Shown here in pieces: positions 56,721 to 64,000 of a stretch of DNA of 64,000 nt. The stretch comes from Cycas panzhihuaensis (Eukaryota > Plantae > Cycadophyta). Position numbers and translations under genes: made by a program. The stretch spans positions 208,513,741 to 208,577,740 of the forward strand of contig CM041465.1 in NCBI GenBank assembly GCA_023213395.1, written 5' to 3'. The notes beneath the pieces are model-generated. The model ran no database searches, was not told the origin of the DNA, and was given only the letters and a program-made list of their open reading frames with translations. Positions within the stretch are counted from its first letter, which is position 1. Each line of letters begins with the position of its first letter.

Positions 56721-59700
56721 TCAAAGTAAAAACTGTAACATCCAAAAGATCTTGTTTGTGTTGAAAGATAAATTAACAAATCTGGATGTGAACTGTTATC
56801 AAGCAGAATTAACAGAATAGAGTTTTGAAACTGAATCCAGTGCAGCAAGGGAAAATTGGAAAGAAACACAGAAATTTCCCACAAATTACTCTTCAACAGA
56901 GTATGGGAATAGATTAATAGATAGAACTCTAGCATACATCCTAAATGAAGATGGTAAAGCAGTCTAGGGTAAGTAGTTGAAAGTAAAATAGATCAATATA
57001 GAATTGGAAGAGCAACCCCAGTTAATCACTATGGAAGATTACTGGGATGTTGAAATGATTCACTAGGCTATAGTCTTATTTTTTGAGTACAAGGATGTTT
57101 TTGTCTAGTCCTACAAGGGCTTGAAGGGCATTCCCCGAAATTGGGGAAACATCGAATTGAATTGGTGGAAGTGCAAAGCTAGTTAGGCAACACCCATATA
57201 GAATGAACCTCAAATGTAAAGAAAAAATGAAGATGGAGTTAGATAAACTGCTAAAAGCAAACTGCATTTTAAAGTAGAGAATAGTGAGTGGGTCAGTCCT
57301 GTGGTTGTAGTCCCAAAGAAAAATGGGAAACTATGTGTGTGTGTGTGGACTACAGAGCCTTAAATAAGGCTAAAAAAAGGACCCCTTTCCCATTCCTTTC
57401 ACTGAGGACATCCTAGAGAAAGTGGTAGGCCATGAAGTGTATTTATTCATAGATGGGTTCGACATCTATAATCAAGTCCAAATAGCTCTTGAAGGCCAAT
57501 TAAAAACCACTTTCGACAAACCATTGGGAAGACAATTGAAGTATTCTTGAATGATTGGATACCTTGTTGAAAGACCATATGGGGAATTTGAAATTAATGC
57601 TGGAGACTTGTAGGAGAAGCAATATGTGCTTAAACCCAAATAAGTGCATCTTTTTGGTTCTGTTTGGAACATTATTAGGGCATATTGTATCAAAAGAAGG
57701 ATTGCTAATTGGCCTAGGGAAAGTAGTAACAGTCTTGAATTTTCCAACACCAAAGATAGTGAAGCAACTTAAAGGCCTTTTGGGGATGGCAGGTTATTAT
57801 AAGAAGTTTATCAAAGAATATACCTAGATAGCAAATCCCCTAGAGATGCTGCTAAAGGAAAAAATACAATGGCAATGGACATTACAATGATAGTTAGCAT
57901 TTGGCTTACTAAAAGAGAAGGTGGCACAGGCACCAATTTTGAGGTTCCTTGATTGGGAAAAGCCTTTTCATGTACATGTGGATGCCTCTCTTTTTGCAAT
58001 AAGATGTGTGCTAGCATAAATAGGAGAAGACAACATAGATTTGCCAATCTATTTTGCCATTTGGAAGCTAACATCAGCTGAACAAAATTATTCAGTAATT
58101 AAGAGAGAAGGCCTAGGTATGATCTATGCTCTACAAAAATTCAAACATTACTTGTTAGCTAATCCATTTGTTTTTTTTGTAGATCATCTGTCTCTCTAGT
58201 TCTTGATTAATAAGCCAATGCTACAAGGAAGATTAACATATGGCTAATGTTGTTTTTAGAATTCAATTTTAAAATCATTGTCAGAAAAGGGGAGAAGCAT
58301 ATCATTCTTGATCAACTGTCTTAGAACATGGAGGGAGAACCCACTATGGAAATTCACGATGATTTCGCTAGCATGAATTTGTTTTCAATTGATGTGGTAC
58401 TAACATGGTATGAAGGGGTAGCTCAATATTTGTCAATAGGACAAACACCAATTGGATTGGATTGAGCAAAACAATGGAGTTTGTTAGGAAGACCTTTCCA
58501 TTCTAGTTGATCTAGGGTATGCTATACAAACTTGGTACTGCATATTAGAGCATGAAGTAGAAGTAGTAGTTCATGAAGCCCACAAGGGAATGGTTGTTAG
58601 ACATCAAGATATAGAAAGTACTGCCAAAAAATTTTTGCTAGCAGGATTGTGTTGGCCCACATTATTCAAGGATGCAGAGAAATGGGTCAAGGCTTGTGAT
58701 GTTTGCCAAAAGGTAGGCAATCCTAGCAAATTTCACTTCATGTCGTTGCATCCGATTTTAGCTCAAGCCCTATTTGAGAAGTGGGGATTGGCTTTTATAG
58801 GACCAATTAGCCCACCAACTAGGAGAACAAATGGCAGGTACATTTTTCTTGCAACTGACTTTTTGACTAAATGGACAGAAGCAAAACCTATGAAAACCTA
58901 TAATGCCTAAAGCACAAAAAGGTTTCTTTATGAAATGATAATCATCCTCTTTGGATGCTCGTTAGAGATTGTGTCTAATCAAGGAACTAGTTTTTTGAAT
59001 CAAACAATCGAACATCTGATAGCAAAATTCCATGTAGAAGGTTTGACGATAGCAATCCTGTTGCAGATGGAGGAGGTGGACTTCAAAGAGAAAAGGCTCA
59101 TGGAATTGATGAAGTTGGATGAGTGGCGGGCTAGGGCATTATCGAAACTCAAGGTTGAGAAAAACTAGAGAAAGGCTTGGCATGACAGGTAGTTGAAAAC
59201 ACTCCAATTTCAAGTTGGTGCTTTAGTGTTGTCATATGACAAGAAGTTTTGAATGAAGCAAGGGAAAATGAAACTTCAATGGTTAAGTCCATATAAAGTG
59301 GACTGAATTTGGAAAAATGGAGTTGTTCAACTCAGACAACTCACTTGATGGTTCCCCCATGGCAAAATTTTGTCAATGGTAGCCGACTCGAGCCATACAG
59401 TTGTTAATAGGTTCAAAAAAAGAGAATGCAAACTAGGTGGACAAATTTGCTTCCTCATGGTAACATTGTAACCTGATAGGTTATGATTACAACTAACGGT
59501 CGTAGTCAAAGAAGAAAGTTGCCAAATAGAATCATGATTGATTGAGACTAAGGGTTAAGATTGAAGCGGCAAGTGGAATGATGGTTGGGATTCCATGAAG
59601 AAATGTCAATTTAAGCGTAAGATCAATATTGGGATGATCGCAATATGGTATTAAAAGTACAATGTGTGAAAGTTATATTGTAATCATGATTTAGTAATCA

Positions 59701-60020
59701 CAACCAACGATGTGACAAGGCTTAGTAGAAGCCATTAATAATAACGATGAATGTTGGATCACATCATTGCTTGCACAAAAGATCATCATAACTTCTGGAA
59801 TCAATGTTAATAAATTCACTTCCCTTTTTCTTCAAGAGGTAAGGATTGCTCCAATCTATGAAGCATGGCATAGGAGGGTGCTTTTGTGAATTGCAACTAG
59901 CGGGAAGGAAAAGGAAACAACAAACTCTATAAGCAGGATGGTTGATGGATATGATATCTTGTAGATCAACATTAACTTTCGAGAAACTAATGATGCAAGA
60001 ATCGTACAAAATGGGTAGTC

Positions 60021-61392
60021 ATGAAGTCAAATGATTCTCAGAAGAAAATATTAACATACGCAGGCTTCTCTAAGTATATCATGGTAGGCATATTTTCAAT
60101 GGCATTCAATTTTTTATCTATGGTAATCACAATGGTAGCCATGCATCCTTCCATTTTGGACTACTCTATGGAAGCAACTGCAAAGTTGATAGGCCTATTG
60201 AATGAAGATGATTTTTCACAGGATAAACAGATTCTGAGAGGGCAAGTGACTAAACAAATAAGAGCCATTGTAGTAGATGTTTCCCGCTCAAGTATTAGTA
60301 TGTTGGGAATCCGTTCTGAGGAGCAAAAGTGGATTGCTCACTTTCTCTTCACAAGAGTTATTTTGAGCCAAAAGAATTTATTCATACCAACCAATCTCTA
60401 CTCGACATTATTGCGAGTTGCTAAGGGGGTGTAGTTTAATTGGGCCAATTTTGTTTCTAAAAGACTCCAAAAAAATCTGGAGAATGTAAAAAATACAGGA
60501 TAGTCAATAATGTTTTTCCATTCAACATTACTACAAGGTTTGTTATTTTCACAATGCCCAAATGTCCAGCTACCAACCCCTATGGAAGATTAAACACCAT
60601 TAGCAAAATGGACCGAGGTTTTTTGGCAAGGACAATTCCTAGGACCCTTTGTTAATTCAGATGCAAGAAAAAGTGAAGACTTGGCTTCATTAGCAATGGC
60701 AGAAGGCAACTCAGGAGTCATCTCCAACTAGGATAATAATTACTGAGGAAGAAGAAGCACCACCAGAAGAGGTGTCCTCGTAGGTCAAGACGAGACAACA
60801 AGAAGAGGAAATGAGGAAGGAAGAAAAGAAGATAGAGGAAGAAAAATTGGGATAGACTAGAATACAGAAATAGAAGGTGGAACCAGAGTTGTCAACTATT
60901 ATGGAAGAGGAAGCACAATGATAGCTTGGACTAGCACAAGTAAACATTGAGCTAGTGGAGCCAGAATATGATCGACGACAACGCAAGAAATTAATAGTAG
61001 AAAAGCGAAGGTAGAAGATTATTGAGCACATCAACCAGCAGCATGCAAAATTTGAGCATTGCTCAGATGAGCAAATCTTGGAGGAAGGTTTAGACCCAAT
61101 GGTTTGCGATTCACAAGATGTTTTACAATGGAAAACATCCATCTTGGGACAAGTGATCCGGCAATTGGTCACGCAACTAGAGGAATGTTCACGTAGGTTG
61201 CCACCGGATTTGCAACAGATTGCTCGATTGGAGGATAAGATGGAAGTGACTAATGGGAGGTTAGAAATTTTGAAAAATTTTATTATTGACTGGGTAGATG
61301 ATATTAATGAGGTGATTCCCCAATTAAAGAAATTTAAGGAGCAATTTGGCCAGCAAATTCCCATAGATTTACAAGATGTTGTGTATAACTGA
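60021..61392 (+). pseudogene. Sense 3' extra ORF (Athila env-like type) followed by a Glu-rich coiled-coil region
   Basis: ORF 60021-60434 continues *FNWANFV; E/K-rich tract about 60740-61020; heptad-like ORF 61078-61392; located between integrase and PPT. Confidence 0.65.
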
Positions 61393-64000
61393 GGCCTTGG
61401 ATATTGAAAGGCGATGAAGAATCTGAACAATGCAGCAAATTGTGGAGTCATATTCATGCTTATAAGTCTGACCTATAAACCATGCAGGATATCAATTAAG
61501 AACTATACATGGAGATAACACAACTATAATTTGGAGAGTTACCTAATATGAGGCAGCTAGATGCACTCTGTGATGTTATGATTCTGTGCGATTACGTCAA
61601 GTCCAAGGGTTTGTTGCTCTCTCCTACTATTGTATGGTTGGATCCTTTGTATATTAAGTGAGAGGTTGCAAAACTAAAAGAAGCTTGCAAGGAAGTGTGA
61701 GAAAACATTCGATAACAAGGGCAAAGCTCTCAGCATTCATAGTTTCAAAATTTGGGGAGGTAAGGGATGATGAAATTTTGTACAAGTGAGGACACTAGTT
61801 GAATTTTTGATGGGGGAGATGTGTGTAGGGGATGAGTCACAGAAGACTTGGAGGTTTTGTAGGACAAAACAAAGTATAATTCAGTTGCAATTCAAGTGCG
61901 ACCAGGTACAACTAGGTGCAACTAGGTACAACCTAAAGTATGATCAAGTGTGACCTAGTACAGCTTGAAGTGCAAATAAGTACAACCTGAAGTGCGACCA
62001 AGTGCGATTTGGAGTGCAACTAGATTGTAAATATTTCAATACAAGTACAATCAGGTCGTAAGATTGCAACCTAAGTCCAACCCAAATTGCAACCCAAACC
62101 CCTAATTGCAATTAAAAGATAGTTGAAGACTCATGTTCCATGTGATCATATAATAAAGCAGTTAAGTAGTTAGAATGATTAAGTGATTAATGTAACCGAA
62201 TGTGATATACTTTGTATAAGTAAGTCTGATGTATGTAGCAAACATATCATAAGTTTAGGATTTTCTCTTATATCTTCTGTTGTAATGGCTTGAAGCTACA
62301 ACTTGTAAACAATCGATTGTACTATTTGGCTCGTGTTTAGTTGTGAGAGGATCAGAAGCAGTGCCCTTTGCGAGTAATAAGATTTGGTTTGTATTCACAA
62401 TGGTATAACTCCACCTTGTGCCTGCTTTACTGGTGTAATGTGTATAAACTGGATGTAAGATAATGCAGCAACACAAATTCTCCTAAGAGGGGAAGATAGA
62501 GGAGGAATATGAGGTGGAAACCCTTAGAAAAGAGGTAGCAAGATTAAAGATGAAAACAAAAAAAAGAGGAGGAAGATAAAGGAAAGAAGAAGGGGAGAAA
62601 AATTTTAAGTTGAGAAATGGTGCCATATTTGTGAAGAAGACTTTCATTCCACAAAAGAATGTGAATTGAACCCCAAAAACAATGCGATAAGAAAATAGGA
62701 TAAGTGGTGTCATATATGTGACATTGACAACCACAATACCAAAGAATGTTATTTTAATCCTCAAGGGAAAAGCTATAGAGGAAGAGTTAGAGGTAGAGGT
62801 GCAAACTCAACTAGGCACCTTTATGCCGCCAAAATGCACCAGAAGCATCAAAGAAAAGGGCACCCATTGGAAGATGCTTGGTGTGCTTAGAATTCGACCA
62901 TTGGAAGTCTGATTGTCCAACAACCAAAGCACATGAGAAATGCCCTTTTGTGTGTAAAGATTATGGCCCAAGAAACCACCATACAAAATATTATAAAGGG
63001 AAGGATAAGGTCACAAATCTAATGACCCTAGTCCCCAGGCACAATAAAAATGTAAAGTTACAAACAAAAATCCAAATAAAGGGAAACGAGAAAGTAGCAG
63101 AGAACTACTCTAATCCAAAGATGGAAATAGATTGTTTGAAATTGCAAAGAGAGTACTAGAAGAACTGGCAAGAAAGGGGGAGGAGAAAAAGTTGCCTATG
63201 GGCAAACCTACAATGAAATATGTATACACAAGAAGGAATAAGACTAAGGAAAAAGAGTCAGCAATTCTAGAAACACCAGTACAACCACAACCGCACATAG
63301 TCCAAGCCGAAGAGCTATTTAAAGAATTACCAATGGAGGATATACTGAGAATATTGTTGTCAATGGAAAATTTAGTGAAGCAGTTGTAGCTAACCATCCC
63401 ACTTGAGCAAGTTATTGATTGGATTAAAATGGTAGTGTTGCAACATAAAGAATCCATCAAGAGCTTGAAGAAGGTGATGCCCTCTTTTGATCTTGATCTT
63501 ATAATTACTGTAACAATTTTGGGAGTAGTATTCCTTGGGGTGATTATTGATGGAGGTGCTACAGTTAACGTGCTACCCATAACAACATGGAAGATATTAG
63601 GGAGCCTAAAGTTGGAAGCAACAATGTATTTGTTGAAATTAGACAACAAATTCTTGGTAAAACGAATGGGAAAACTATCAAACGTTAAGGTGAACATAGC
63701 AGCTATTGTGGTGCTAGTTGACTTCACCATTATCGAGACGATAAAGGGCATGGTGGTCTATTTAGCATTATTGGGTCGTCCATGGTTATACAAACTACAG
63801 TGCCTTCAAAGCTAGAGGGATGTGACCTTTACATTGCAAGATGGAGGAAGTGAAGTGGTCCTTCTTATGCTAGGGAAAGGAAAATATTCAATCTAAATGA
63901 TTTGGACAATGCCTCCAGCACAACAATTGCCAACAATGAAATGTAATCATCTTTTGAATAGACCAATTTGTATCATGCAACAGAAGAAGCAACTAGCATG

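Larger units (their letters stand above)
52677..62475 (+). mobile_element. Full-length, decayed Athila-like Ty3/gypsy retrotransposon, 9.8 kb
   Basis: LTRs 52677-53361 and 61820-62475 (TGTGT..ACACA); decayed tRNAAsp-type PBS TGGTTTTGTTGCC near 53365; PPT GATGGGGGAGA 61809-61819; near-TSD AATTT/AATTC. PR IIDGGSCINVL, RT FIDGF..YNQV, RNase H HVDAS, integrase FEKWGLAFIGP..LTKWTEA, no chromodomain. Confidence 0.9.
51900..64000 (+). mobile_element. Athila-like gag-protease remnant hosting the 52677-62475 element; runs off the window end
   Basis: Gag (KARFACTLREVLLAWY, 52211-52664) resumes after 62480 with several knuckles (WCHICEEDFHSTKEC, WCHICDIDNHNTKEC, CLVCLEFDHWKSDC) and protease IIDGGATVNVL..LLGRPW (63429-63815). 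Confidence 0.8.

Noticed and set aside
56483-56935. 150-aa minus-strand ORF as a captured gene
   Set aside because: It is the antisense shadow of the plus-strand capsid-like repeats and has no motif of its own.
60711-61457. 248-aa Ser/Cys-rich minus-strand ORF (likewise 63110-63751 and 15524-16060)
   Set aside because: Antisense of purine-rich retroelement coding sequence; composition explains the open frame.

Overview
A 64-kb, gene-free tract of nested retrotransposons from a large land-plant genome. tRNAiMet and tRNAAsp-type primer sites and many C>T-type stop codons point to methylated heterochromatin; the species cannot be named from sequence alone. No host gene, rRNA, tRNA or CRISPR array is supported. 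In order, the window holds: a decayed Ty1/copia carrying a 283-bp mini-TRIM with 61-bp LTRs; a 4.1-kb non-coding LTR element; an RNase H-bearing L1 LINE split by a three-LTR composite element, which encodes the only long intact ORF (Gag-protease fused in frame to the integrase C-terminus/chromodomain); an Athila-like deletion derivative carrying a CRM-like element and a TRIM/Gypsy chimeric block; a second CRM-like deletion derivative; a Reina-like chromovirus inside an older chromovirus; and a 9.8-kb Athila-like element inside a relative. Most boundaries are fixed by TG..CA ends, PBS/PPT and 5-bp target-site duplications (TSDs). The most notable observations are two tandem capsid-like domains between protease and RT in the Athila-like pol, the three-LTR composite whose middle LTR lacks the putative poly(A) segment, a perfect 130-bp palindrome in a CRM-like leader, the very small TRIM, and repeated Gag-PR-only deletion architecture. 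All alignments and translations were done by eye.
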